Below, in pieces: positions 30,111 to 38,797 of a stretch of DNA of 60,726 nt; within the stretch, counting starts at the first letter, position 1, and each line of letters opens with the position of its first letter. The DNA comes from a virus (taxonomy: Duplodnaviria > Caudoviricetes): positions 1-60,726 of the IMG/VR virus record IMGVR_UViG_3300007734_000734; one strand, given 5' to 3'. The translations under genes were made by a program, and so were the position numbers. The notes beneath the pieces were generated by a model. The model ran no database searches. It saw only the letters and a list, made by a program, of their open reading frames with translations, and was not told the DNA's origin.

Positions 30111-31108
30111 TAATTAATAACATTTGTTGATGTTGAACTGCGTATTCTAGCCGCTGTTGATTGATTTTGAGTCGCGGCATTAATATCATTTACATTACTA
30201 GATTGTCCTAATAAATTCCATTTACTTTTTATATTATCAGATACATACACTAAATCACCATGTTTTTCTTTATCATATAATACTACTCCAGGTATATTTT
30301 CTATTTCACCTCCATCATTTGGATTTAGTTGTTCCCGTAGATATATTTTATTATCAACATTTATTACAAATCTTTTATTTCCCCATATACCTCCTGAGTA
30401 TCCTTTAAAAGGATTTAAATTAGTAGGTATGCCTAAAAGTGCTGTATGGTGTGGTTGAGAGCATTTATCAGGCCATACCTTAGTGTTACTTCCGTACTTT
30501 GAAACTAATGCATCTGGTACACAATAATATGGTTGCTCAAAAGTAGGTCCTTTAGGATATGTTAATTGTATTGTTTGAGTGCCTAAAAGTCCATCTGTAA
30601 AGATATTTTGGTTTTTTAATTTATGGTATTTTTGAGATGTTCTTATTATTTCCTCAGTCATAGGTACCCAATTTTTTACTTTTAATATTGGATAATTAAT
30701 ATTTGCTGTTTTTGAAGTACCATCAATAATAATAGTAGAGCTATAGGAATTATTTTTAGGATCAGCTTGTGTTAATTTTAAGCCATTATTAAAACTTTTA
30801 ATAATTTGATTGTGGATTTCTTTCTTATTTTCTTCATTATTTAACTCATTTGATGTATATGTATATCCATATGCTTGGAAAAACTTTATAAAAAAATTAT
30901 ATTCTATATAATGAGCGTTGTCCTTTTTAATAGGCCAACTGTCTGTTCCAAATAGTGATTGTCCATTATGATCTATTTGTAAAGGATTATCATTTAATCC
31001 TCCATTTTCAACTGTTAATTTAACTGTTAAATCAATATCTTTATTTGAGGCAGATTGTACATTTCCCTCCTTTACTTTACTTTTTGGATCTTCACTAATT
31101 ATTGCCAT
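30110..31108 (-). CDS. hypothetical protein, possible peptidoglycan-binding motif
   Basis: 332 aa; TDGLLGTQT resembles DGxxGxxT. Confidence 0.6.
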   Translation of the reverse strand: MAIISEDPKSKVKEGNVQSASNKDIDLTVKLTVENGGLNDNPLQIDHNGQSLFGTDSWPIKKDNAHYIEYNFFIKFFQAYGYTYTSNELNNEENKKEIHNQIIKSFNNGLKLTQADPKNNSYSSTIIIDGTSKTANINYPILKVKNWVPMTEEIIRTSQKYHKLKNQNIFTDGLLGTQTIQLTYPKGPTFEQPYYCVPDALVSKYGSNTKVWPDKCSQPHHTALLGIPTNLNPFKGYSGGIWGNKRFVINVDNKIYLREQLNPNDGGEIENIPGVVLYDKEKHGDLVYVSDNIKSKWNLLGQSSNVNDINAATQNQSTAARIRSSTSTNVIN

Positions 31109-32379
31109 TATACAGTGAAATTACGTTTTGAGGTTAAATCTAAATTAGTTAATTGTACATTTAATAAATCTAATGCTGTTATTAAAGATGTAGCTTTTAA
31201 TCGAACTCCAGGTACACTTAATGATTGTGGAAGAACGTTAGGTCCCATATAAGCAGGTTCTGTTTTAATATCTTTTAATTCTACAGCTAAATCGTTTATT
31301 GCTTTAATTAAATTCTTTAAAAAGGTAACTGTAGTATTACCAAGTAATAAAGGTTCTGTAGCTAAATATTTTGGACCTAAACTTATTGTATCTGCTGATA
31401 TTAATAGTTCTTTTGTGTCTATATTTATTGATTCTAATGAATTTAAATTGATAGATTTAGCAGAATTTAATAGTATATGATCGTTTTTAGAATTAAATAC
31501 TAATCTACCTGAGTTTAATATAATTTGGGGAGCAGCATATGATGACGGTAGTATAGGTTCTACATATGATGAACCAGAGTAGCTAACATAATTTAATGAT
31601 GATGGTTCTAATTTTATTTGTTGAGTACTAGTTAAATATATCGATGAATCATCTTTATTGATATCTTCTGTAATAGGTATCCAACCTTCGTCAGCTTGTT
31701 TACCCTGTCCATTTCTAAATATAATAATTGGGTCTCCATTTATTCCAATTTCTGACCAGTTATTTGCGATGGTAGAATTAGCTACTGTACTCCCAAAACG
31801 TACTGAATTTCCCCATCTGCCTTCTTGAATAAGATCTCCTTCAAAAGGCAATAAAGGATGAATGTTAGAACGTTCTATAAAGGTTTTACCTAAAAATATT
31901 TTAGTTGGATCATTAACTGTAGTAACAGCACTTCCTGCAGTTGTTTGTAAGTAATCTTTTTGTTGTGAAGATTCGTTAGCTGCAGATGGGTAAGCATTAT
32001 GGTGTGGGTGATTCCATAAAGATGTTAAATTTAAATAATATGAAATAGTAGAATTATTATTTACTCCTATTTCAGTAGAAGGTAATGAAAGTATGTAAAC
32101 AATTTCATTTATTAAAGGATAATTTTTTAAATTTGGAGATGCAGGAAAAGCAATAGGGATAGTTTTATTAGATTCTACTTTAGAATTATAAAATACATTT
32201 TCACTACCAATAACTTCATATTGTATAACTCCTAAAGCATTCCATCCTCCATAAAAATCAAATAATAGATGAGAATCATCTAAAATTATACTTAATACTC
32301 TAACCGGGGTAATTAGATTAGCTAGCTTTTGAGCTGTATTAATGTTAAAGTTATTTTTTGAACTATCAAAAACCCCCAT
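31108..32379 (-). CDS. baseplate hub/spike (gp5-like) protein
   Basis: YPLINEIV; EGDLIQEGRWGNSVRFGS; beta-helix-like IILNSGRLVFNSK; EPLLLGN. Confidence 0.75.
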   Translation of the reverse strand: MGVFDSSKNNFNINTAQKLANLITPVRVLSIILDDSHLLFDFYGGWNALGVIQYEVIGSENVFYNSKVESNKTIPIAFPASPNLKNYPLINEIVYILSLPSTEIGVNNNSTISYYLNLTSLWNHPHHNAYPSAANESSQQKDYLQTTAGSAVTTVNDPTKIFLGKTFIERSNIHPLLPFEGDLIQEGRWGNSVRFGSTVANSTIANNWSEIGINGDPIIIFRNGQGKQADEGWIPITEDINKDDSSIYLTSTQQIKLEPSSLNYVSYSGSSYVEPILPSSYAAPQIILNSGRLVFNSKNDHILLNSAKSINLNSLESINIDTKELLISADTISLGPKYLATEPLLLGNTTVTFLKNLIKAINDLAVELKDIKTEPAYMGPNVLPQSLSVPGVRLKATSLITALDLLNVQLTNLDLTSKRNFTV

Positions 32380-32723
32380 TATTTTTCAGATTTATTGTTT
32401 AATTTATTAATATCATCTAATAATTGGTTTTTTTCTGCTTCTGAAATTCCTAAATCATTGGTAGATGATTCTTTATTGCTTAAACATCGTTGAATAATTG
32501 TAGCCATTTTGATTAATTGTTCATCGTTTTTTACTCCTATTTCTAAATATTCTTTAATAAGAGGAACAACTAATGTAGCATCACCAATATCTTCAACCAA
32601 TGGTTTTAACTCATCAATTAAAGAAGATATTTGTTTTTCTTTTTTCTTTTGATTATTGTATATTTCTTGAAATAAATCTTTAAGTTTTTTATCTCCAAAA
32701 ATGTCTGAATTTAAATTATCCAT
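32379..32723 (-). CDS. conserved hypothetical phage protein
   Basis: 114 aa; VPLIKEYLEIGVKNDEQLIK; ATATTTAT upstream. Confidence 0.8.
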   Translation of the reverse strand: MDNLNSDIFGDKKLKDLFQEIYNNQKKKEKQISSLIDELKPLVEDIGDATLVVPLIKEYLEIGVKNDEQLIKMATIIQRCLSNKESSTNDLGISEAEKNQLLDDINKLNNKSEK

Positions 32724-32749
32724 AATGTATTTATTATAAATATAATATG

Positions 32750-33454
32750 TTATTGGAATTTTACATATCCATTTTCCAAGTAAAATATGTAACCTTTTTT
32801 AAATATGATGTATAACCTATCAGCTGTTTTAGTAATTTTAGGTGTTTTTACATCTATCATTTCTCGTATATATATGTATAATGCTTTTTTATTAAAAATA
32901 AGTAAGTTTTCCCTTTTTCTAAATAATTCCAGAATGGCATCTGCTATTTTAGCATCAATTTCTTTAGGAAATAAAGTGTAAATGTTTACAGTGCAATATT
33001 CTACATATAAATCAGTAAAAAAAGCTATTTTATCATTATGAGATAATTTATCACTAGGTGAATTATTTTCCTCAATAATATATGAATGTTTATTATCTTC
33101 TTGTATATTTTCTATAGGTATAGATTTAACACGTTTTTTATAATTATTTTCATTGTATAATATTAACCAACGTTTTACAATAGTGCCAAAATATGAATAT
33201 GCTTTAGAACCACGAGAAGAATCAAATTTATGTATTTTAGACAATAAGAATGTTATAATTTCATGTTGTAAATCTTCAATGTTTTCTACTTCGGTATAAT
33301 AAAATTTAAAAGTATGAATGATATTTTGCGTTAACTTAAAAAAAGCATAATGAATTTTATCACCATATATTTTACTTTTTTCAATAGGGTCAACAGATAA
33401 ATTGTATAATATAATAGCATTTTCTGTATCTTGAGTAAAGTAATTTTTAGACAT
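32750..33454 (-). CDS. RNA polymerase sigma factor-like protein (candidate late sigma)
   Basis: Region-2-like DLQHE...KFDSSRGSKAYSYFGTIVKR. Confidence 0.75.
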   Translation of the reverse strand: MSKNYFTQDTENAIILYNLSVDPIEKSKIYGDKIHYAFFKLTQNIIHTFKFYYTEVENIEDLQHEIITFLLSKIHKFDSSRGSKAYSYFGTIVKRWLILYNENNYKKRVKSIPIENIQEDNKHSYIIEENNSPSDKLSHNDKIAFFTDLYVEYCTVNIYTLFPKEIDAKIADAILELFRKRENLLIFNKKALYIYIREMIDVKTPKITKTADRLYIIFKKGYIFYLENGYVKFQ

Positions 33455-33458
33455 ATAT

Positions 33459-33728
33459 TTATTTTATTTTAAAATCATTTAATTGTTCTTGCAATGTTTT
33501 TAAATTTTTAAAGAAAAAACCTACTTCATCATCACTGTCAAAACTACCTTTAGCATCAATTTCTTTTAATTTTTTATCAGCAAAATCAATACTGTTAGAT
33601 AAATTAATCATATATGCTTCGTATGATTTAATTATGTCTTCACATTTTTCATTTTTCTTTAATAAATTATAACTACCATAAAATAAGATAATTATTATTA
33701 ATGTTAACACACATATTATTATTTCCAT
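33459..33728 (-). CDS. small membrane-anchored protein
   Basis: N-terminal TM helix; FDSDDEVGFFF. Confidence 0.75.
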   Translation of the reverse strand: MEIIICVLTLIIIILFYGSYNLLKKNEKCEDIIKSYEAYMINLSNSIDFADKKLKEIDAKGSFDSDDEVGFFFKNLKTLQEQLNDFKIK

Positions 33729-33745
33729 AGATTTTTAGAATTAGA

Positions 33746-33774
33746 AAAGGTTGTGACACAACATCACAACCTTT
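33746..33774 (-). terminator. intrinsic terminator
   Basis: AAAGGTTGTGA-N7-TCACAACCTTT 11-bp stem after HD gene. Confidence 0.7.
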
Positions 33775-33793
33775 ATTTTTTATTTTTTATTAA

Positions 33794-34585
33794 TTAATCT
33801 TTAAAAAAATCATCCATAACATTTTTCAAACCTTCACTTTTAATACTGTTTAAAGCTTTGGTTTTAATTGGAATCTTTTTAATTGGTTGTTTATTTGTTA
33901 ATGTACTGTTTGTTTTTGCAGTAGACAAGTTATTCTTAAATTTAGGCAACCATTCTTTTTCCCACTCAATTCTAGCTGCCATTAAGTCAGCTTGATGTAC
34001 AATGTAAATTAATGAAGTGCGTGGTTTTGTTTCTGGAGACCAAGCCATTAAATATGGTTTGTTGGCGTCATCATATAAACCATCATGTAATTTAATTGTT
34101 AACCATTCATTTTTAGACACTGGAATTCCATGAGAAAGTAGTAAGTGTAAACTACGATCTGGCACAGACATAAATTCTAGACGATTGTTGAATTTATAAT
34201 CTTCTCCTAATTTATCTTTACGCCATTGATCATCTTGGGGAAGATATGATTCATTATGTTCATCTCCTATTTTGCCTAAATCATGATTTAAAGCTGAAAA
34301 TACTAGTTCTTCTTGAGTGTAAGTGGAATTGTCTACTCCAATTTCAATCCATATACTGTTTAATTTAATAGCGCAGTCTACAACTCGTAAAACATGATCT
34401 ACATAGCCGCCTGGAAAAGCATTATGATATTCCTTTTTATGTGCGGCCGGCATTAACATAATACGTTCTGAGTATTTAGAATAAAAATCCAACAGTTGAG
34501 AACGGCGTGGTTCACTGATGTAAGATTTAATTATTTCTTCTAAGTCAGTCCAATTTTCTTGGATTTTTTCTGCAGTAAGTTTCAT
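33794..34585 (-). CDS. HD-domain phosphohydrolase
   Basis: YHNAFPGGYVDHV; LNHDLGK; IKLHDG; HQAD. Confidence 0.9.
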   Translation of the reverse strand: MKLTAEKIQENWTDLEEIIKSYISEPRRSQLLDFYSKYSERIMLMPAAHKKEYHNAFPGGYVDHVLRVVDCAIKLNSIWIEIGVDNSTYTQEELVFSALNHDLGKIGDEHNESYLPQDDQWRKDKLGEDYKFNNRLEFMSVPDRSLHLLLSHGIPVSKNEWLTIKLHDGLYDDANKPYLMAWSPETKPRTSLIYIVHQADLMAARIEWEKEWLPKFKNNLSTAKTNSTLTNKQPIKKIPIKTKALNSIKSEGLKNVMDDFFKD

Positions 34586-34602
34586 AACTTTTATTTTTAG
34601 AA

Positions 34603-34797
34603 TTATATTTTATTTAATTCACGACCGTCTATGTTTTCACTTTCGACGTAGCCCTTGATTTGTTCAATTTGTTCTTTTAAAGAATTAGTAATTTCTCTAC
34701 AATTTTCTCTATCTCCTCGATTTAGGAATAAATTTAGTTTACTTAAATTAGATTCTAATCCATCTAACTTTTTCAATATTGCTTCTCTGTATTTCAT
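34603..34797 (-). CDS. hypothetical protein
   Basis: 64 aa; TTTGGCTT...TATATTA promoter element at about 34846-34880. Confidence 0.65.
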   Translation of the reverse strand: MKYREAILKKLDGLESNLSKLNLFLNRGDRENCREITNSLKEQIEQIKGYVESENIDGRELNKI

Positions 34798-34879
34798 GTT
34801 ATTAAGTTTATATTATGTTATTTATGTTTATTCTTTTCCCGTAATATTAATATATATAAGAAATAAATTTAAGCCAAAT

Positions 34880-35302
34880 TTAAATTAAAAATTCCTTAAC
34901 CTTAGACTCAATATTTTTTAATAAGGCGCACCTTTCATATTCTTCTAACTTTTCATAAAAATAAATAGCAGTAGTTAAATTTAAATGTAGTTCTTTAGTA
35001 GTTTTATTTTTTAAACATTCTACGTGAAATAAATTATTTAAATTTACATTTTTTATATAATCCCAGGCTTTATTGTACATTAATTCTTCTCCACTTTTTT
35101 CAATTTCCTCTAAATTTAACTCAGGGGAAATGTCTTTTAACATTTTAGAAGTGTACTGTATAAAAAATTTATGGTTGTTGATAATTTTATTAAACCCACC
35201 AATCCAAAACAACGGATGTGAAGAAAAATCAGTCAACAATGAATTGTCATCGTCTAATGATTCTTGAGAATTAAACAAATCAAATATACTATTTATGTTC
35301 AT
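34880..35302 (-). CDS. hypothetical protein with C-terminal UVR-like motif
   Basis: AIYFYEKLEEYERCALLKNI. Confidence 0.7.
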   Translation of the reverse strand: MNINSIFDLFNSQESLDDDNSLLTDFSSHPLFWIGGFNKIINNHKFFIQYTSKMLKDISPELNLEEIEKSGEELMYNKAWDYIKNVNLNNLFHVECLKNKTTKELHLNLTTAIYFYEKLEEYERCALLKNIESKVKEFLI

Positions 35303-35445
35303 TGTTAAAAATGCTTAAAGTTGGTTTTAAAAAATTACCTGTTAATACTTATATATTTTTATGTATTGCAGACGCCGTTTTTTAAAACCAAGTAAAATTG
35401 CTCCATATTATAAATATAGAGCAATTGTTGTTTGTGTGTTAAATG

Positions 35446-35592
35446 TTATTTAACTGTTAAAGTGTCAGTCAACAATGTGTCTAAAACTGCTGGTGCAACA
35501 ACAGTTGAGTCTACTGTTAACTGTGCGTCACCTGTTGAACATGTGCAAGATGATAGTGTAATCAGTGTTAGTAAAATTAGAAATTTTTTCAT
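35446..35592 (-). CDS. small lipoprotein (48 aa)
   Basis: Not in track: MKKFLILLTLITLSSC-TCSTGDAQLTVDSTVV...; lipobox LSSC. Confidence 0.65.
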   Translation of the reverse strand: MKKFLILLTLITLSSCTCSTGDAQLTVDSTVVAPAVLDTLLTDTLTVK

Positions 35593-35664
35593 GGTTTGTT
35601 TTTTGTTTTAAATTATTAATTAATGTAATATAATATAAATATATGGTAAAAACAAATTTAAATG

Positions 35665-35696
35665 TTAGGCTTTCAAAATTTACCTATGTATATTTA
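35665..35696 (+). promoter_or_regulatory. Bacteroidetes-type promoter, plus-strand copy
   Basis: TTAG-GCTTTCAAAATTTACCTATG-TATATTTA, 17 nt before ATG 35714. Confidence 0.7.
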
Positions 35697-35713
35697 AACA
35701 TAAATAAAATATT

Positions 35714-36232
35714 ATGAAAGTAAATATGATTGACACACAAATTGAAAACAACATAAATCCATTTATTGTTTTTCAAGTAAATTCATTTAATTCTGAAGAA
35801 GAAATGACAAATGTTAAAAACAACATAAGTAAATTTTTGACTGATGAAGAAATAGACATTTTAGAAAAAAATACTATAGCAGCAGATTTTTCACTAACAG
35901 TAGACTATTTAATTATTAACAAATCGTTTGTTGATGAGTTTACACGTTTAATAAATAAATGTGGTATTAAATTTGAACTAGTTAACATTATTGAACAAAT
36001 ATGGAATTTAAACAGTGTAAAAGAATTTGTTGGTTTGTTTGGTGAGGAAGATTTAAGTGTACAATTAACACAACAGTCATTTAAGTGTACTTTTGAAAAA
36101 GTAAATGAAATTTTAAAAGTAATAGTTGAGTCACAGTTTAATGTAAATGACGTTTTAGATAAAATTAGTGAAAAAGGAATTGACTCGTTAAATGAATTAA
36201 ATAAGTATATTTTAGAAAAAGAAAGCCACTAA
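35714..36232 (+). CDS. hypothetical protein (only well-supported plus-strand gene)
   Basis: 172 aa, own promoter and terminator; C-terminal DVLDKISEKGIDSL motif. Confidence 0.85.
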   Translation: MKVNMIDTQIENNINPFIVFQVNSFNSEEEMTNVKNNISKFLTDEEIDILEKNTIAADFSLTVDYLIINKSFVDEFTRLINKCGIKFELVNIIEQIWNLNSVKEFVGLFGEEDLSVQLTQQSFKCTFEKVNEILKVIVESQFNVNDVLDKISEKGIDSLNELNKYILEKESH

Positions 36233-36244
36233 AAAAGTGGCTTT
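36222..36244. terminator. bidirectional terminator between convergent genes
   Basis: AAAGCCACT-AAAAA-AGTGGCTTT. Confidence 0.7.
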
Positions 36245-36267
36245 TAATTTTTACTATTATAAATTAA

Positions 36268-36702
36268 TTATTCTCTTCCCATTACTGAGCTTCCTTGTCC
36301 ACCTGTGCCACCCATCTGCTTTTGAATAAAATTAACTATTTTATTACGAGACTTAGAATCATATGCAATTACTTTACTTTCTCCTTGCTTTACAAAATTT
36401 CCAGCGTATTTATCTTCTTTTCCAGCATATTCTAACGCTTTTTTTACTTGGTCATCAGATGGTTCTTTACTATTTAAATCATTGAACAATTCTTTATATT
36501 GTACAGTTAAACGCTCTACATCTTCGTAATATTTTTCTTCTGCTGATTTGCCTAATTGAAATATTTCTTCTAATTCAAGATCATTTTCTTCAACAATTTC
36601 TTTAATCAATTGAATTGCTTTTTTCTTTTTTATTAACTTTTTTTCTGTTAGTACTTCTTGAATGCACTCGTTTATGATGGTTTTAAGCTGTGATTTTCTC
36701 AT
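36268..36702 (-). CDS. hypothetical late protein (MRKSQLKTIINECIQEVLTE leader)
   Basis: 144 aa; ATATTTAT at 36714-36721. Confidence 0.8.
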   Translation of the reverse strand: MRKSQLKTIINECIQEVLTEKKLIKKKKAIQLIKEIVEENDLELEEIFQLGKSAEEKYYEDVERLTVQYKELFNDLNSKEPSDDQVKKALEYAGKEDKYAGNFVKQGESKVIAYDSKSRNKIVNFIQKQMGGTGGQGSSVMGRE

Positions 36703-36785
36703 GGGTTTTATTTATAAATATATAAAAAAATTAAAAAAACATAATTGCTTTAAAAAAAAGTGTAGGTTTCTTTAACGGGTTAAAT

Positions 36786-37121
36786 TTATGATTTAATTAA
36801 TTGTTTGGTTGACATTTTCCAACCTTCATTCAGTTTATCAATTCGAGAGTCGATGTATGATCGAGTTTCATCTATCTGACGATAGATATACTCATTATCT
36901 TTATCAATTCTCTGATTGATGTCATCTGTTATTTTACTTACGTGACGTTCTAATTCATCAAGACGTTTGTCATAATGATCGCTTAAGTTACGATCCATGT
37001 CTTGTAAATCTTTTATTTGTTTTTGCTGTTTTACTACCTTTACAATACCACAAACCAACATTGTTACAAACGCAACAATGATAACTGAGAGTACTCCAAA
37101 AGTAAACGATAATGTTTCCAT
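36786..37121 (-). CDS. membrane-anchored coiled-coil protein
   Basis: N-terminal TM helix then heptad-rich region ending YIDSRIDKL. Confidence 0.8.
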   Translation of the reverse strand: METLSFTFGVLSVIIVAFVTMLVCGIVKVVKQQKQIKDLQDMDRNLSDHYDKRLDELERHVSKITDDINQRIDKDNEYIYRQIDETRSYIDSRIDKLNEGWKMSTKQLIKS

Positions 37122-37163
37122 ATTGCTTATTTTGTTTTTTATGTCAAAGAACCTACACTTTAG

Positions 37164-37273
37164 TAATAGAGATAGGAATCGAACCTACATATGATGTTGA
37201 CATCATGAACGTTTTACAACATTCTGCGTTTTCCTTCGGTAAATGATCATTTACACGTTTTCGCCACTCTATC
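37164..37273 (-). tRNA. atypical tRNA-Tyr(GTA)-like RNA (D-loop insertion, 8-nt anticodon loop)
   Basis: Acceptor GATAGAG/CTCTATT, T-arm GTAGG-TTCGATT-CCTAT, variable arm ATGATG-TCAA-CATCAT, anticodon arm GAATG-TTGTAAAA-CGTTC. Confidence 0.6.
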
Positions 37274-37280
37274 TTTTTAG

Positions 37281-37648
37281 TGGAGCTGGAGGGAATCGAA
37301 CCCTCGTCCAAACAACTAATCAAAGAAATTCATTTACAAGCTTAGTTAGTTTTTTTAAACAAACAAAATAATCAATTTTTTTAACATCTTTAGAGAAATT
37401 GATAAAACTGTGCAGCCACATAAGTCAGGCCTACTTTATGCTTTGTTCACTTCTTTTTAAGTCCATGAGTGATATGGAATAGACTAAGCAGCTACTGCTA
37501 AATCTGCACTTACAAATGCTAAAGCATCTTCATAAGTGAAAGTTGACTTTTCGTCGTTTAAACTGTACATAGGTGATTAACGTGTTTCCAATGTTAACAC
37601 GGCTTGCATTTCAAAGAACTAGATTGCCTGTCAAAACCAGGCAGCCCC
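37281..37648 (-). ncRNA. ssrA: tmRNA
   Basis: 5' GGGGCTG pairs with 3' CAGCTCC-A (G3-U wobble), T-arm GAGGG-TTCGATT-CCCTC, tag ORF 37555..37484 DEKSTFTYEDALAFVSADLAVAA*; 368 nt. Confidence 0.92.
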
Positions 37649-37654
37649 CATTTG

Positions 37655-37757
37655 TAGTCAGAACAGGATTCGAACCTGTGACGTAGTCTTTGTCTCAAGA
37701 ACCATAAACCTCTTTGGCTTCAACGCATGGAGCGTTGGACCTATCTACTATCTGACT
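37655..37757 (-). ncRNA. tRNA-like RNA with intact acceptor and T arms and non-canonical lower half
   Basis: AGTCAGA/TCTGACT-A, ACAGG-TTCGAAT-CCTGT; internal hairpins CAACGC-TCCAT-GCGTTG and AAGCC-AAAGA-GGTTT. Confidence 0.65.
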
Positions 37758-37934
37758 AGCACCTTTTTCTGTTTGTTGTTGAACTACAAAAGATAAACGT
37801 CGTTCAATCTCAACCTCTTTTAAATCCTTCTCTATGCACGAAACAAGAAAATCAGAGATGTTTTTCTACTTTTGGCGTCCTTAAAAATCTTTCAGCTGTG
37901 CAAAGCTAACAAGAAACTTGGGGCCGCGTTGTTT

Positions 37935-38099
37935 CTACTTTTTGACGTTTATTGTTTTACTTATTGTGTAAAAGCCTAACATGACAAATATTAATCTAGC
38001 AGACCAATGCCAGTTTAACACAATAAAATTGCTTACTGTAAATGATATAATAAAGTAAAATAATATCATTGTTGACATTAATGTTATAATTTCTTTCAT
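37935..38099 (-). CDS. small two-TM membrane protein (54 aa)
   Basis: Not in track: MKEIITLMSTMILFYFIISF...NWHWSARLIFVMLGFYTI...; promoter element at about 38110-38141. Confidence 0.6.
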   Translation of the reverse strand: MKEIITLMSTMILFYFIISFTVSNFIVLNWHWSARLIFVMLGFYTISKTINVKK

Positions 38100-38354
38100 T
38101 TTTTTTGTTATAATATAATAATAAATATTGCTTTAGCCAAACTATAATATATATTTTTTCGACGTGTAAAAAAGTGTTTATTGTTGCAGTTGAATTTTAC
38201 TAAATGGTTGTTAAAATGGTTGTTTGTGAATATATAGATATATATTTGTCTGGTTTGTAAAATTTACATTCGATGTAAAAATCAACTGCACTTCCCTACC
38301 GTATATACCTATACTTTGTGTGGACAGCAACGCACATGGGCCTATCGTCATTAA

Positions 38355-38491
38355 TTTACACGTACGTACGTACACACACATCATTTTTTACTTTACACCT
38401 ATAGACTTCACACTATTTTTACTTTACGTTAGCTTTTACACTGTCAGCTTTTACACCGTTAGACTTCACCTTTACACTGTTAGACTTCACC
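38355..38491. repeat. cluster of short direct repeats (TTTACAC core; tandem 21-mers)
   Basis: TTTACACCGTTAGACTTCACC 38450-38470 and TTTACACTGTTAGACTTCACC 38471-38491 plus degenerate copies. Confidence 0.75.
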
Positions 38492-38584
38492 CGGCGGTTA
38501 GTGCATTCATCAAGTTCACCAGAGTAAACAGCTGACGTTGACTGATGACACTGTTGGCTAATTGTTTGTTTACATATACTGTTG

Positions 38585-38797
38585 TTATAGGCAATCCTTA
38601 CAGTACTTCCAATCAACGACTTGTTCACCATCTTCAAAGGTTTTACTACCTGCGTATGAATACCAGCCGTCATCATAATAAACAACCTCATACCATTTAG
38701 ATTTACTTAAGTCGTTTATGTGTTCAATTTTCGCAAGAATAGGACTGCCTATAACATCAGGTATATTCAATTGCGGTGTTTGTGCTAAATTTGACAT
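38585..38797 (-). CDS. hypothetical protein in integron-like cassette
   Basis: 70 aa; body flanked by GTTATAGGCA and TGCCTATAAC on the coding strand. Confidence 0.7.
   Translation of the reverse strand: MSNLAQTPQLNIPDVIGSPILAKIEHINDLSKSKWYEVVYYDDGWYSYAGSKTFEDGEQVVDWKYCKDCL

Noticed and set aside
37760-37930. Possible ORF or ncRNA upstream of the tRNA-like gene
   Set aside because: The open frame lacks a start codon and runs into the tRNA-like RNA; no convincing structure seen
38419-38691. Minus ORF with VKSNSVK repeats
   Set aside because: Overlaps 38585..38797 in another frame, and its repeats simply reflect DNA repeats; not fully excluded
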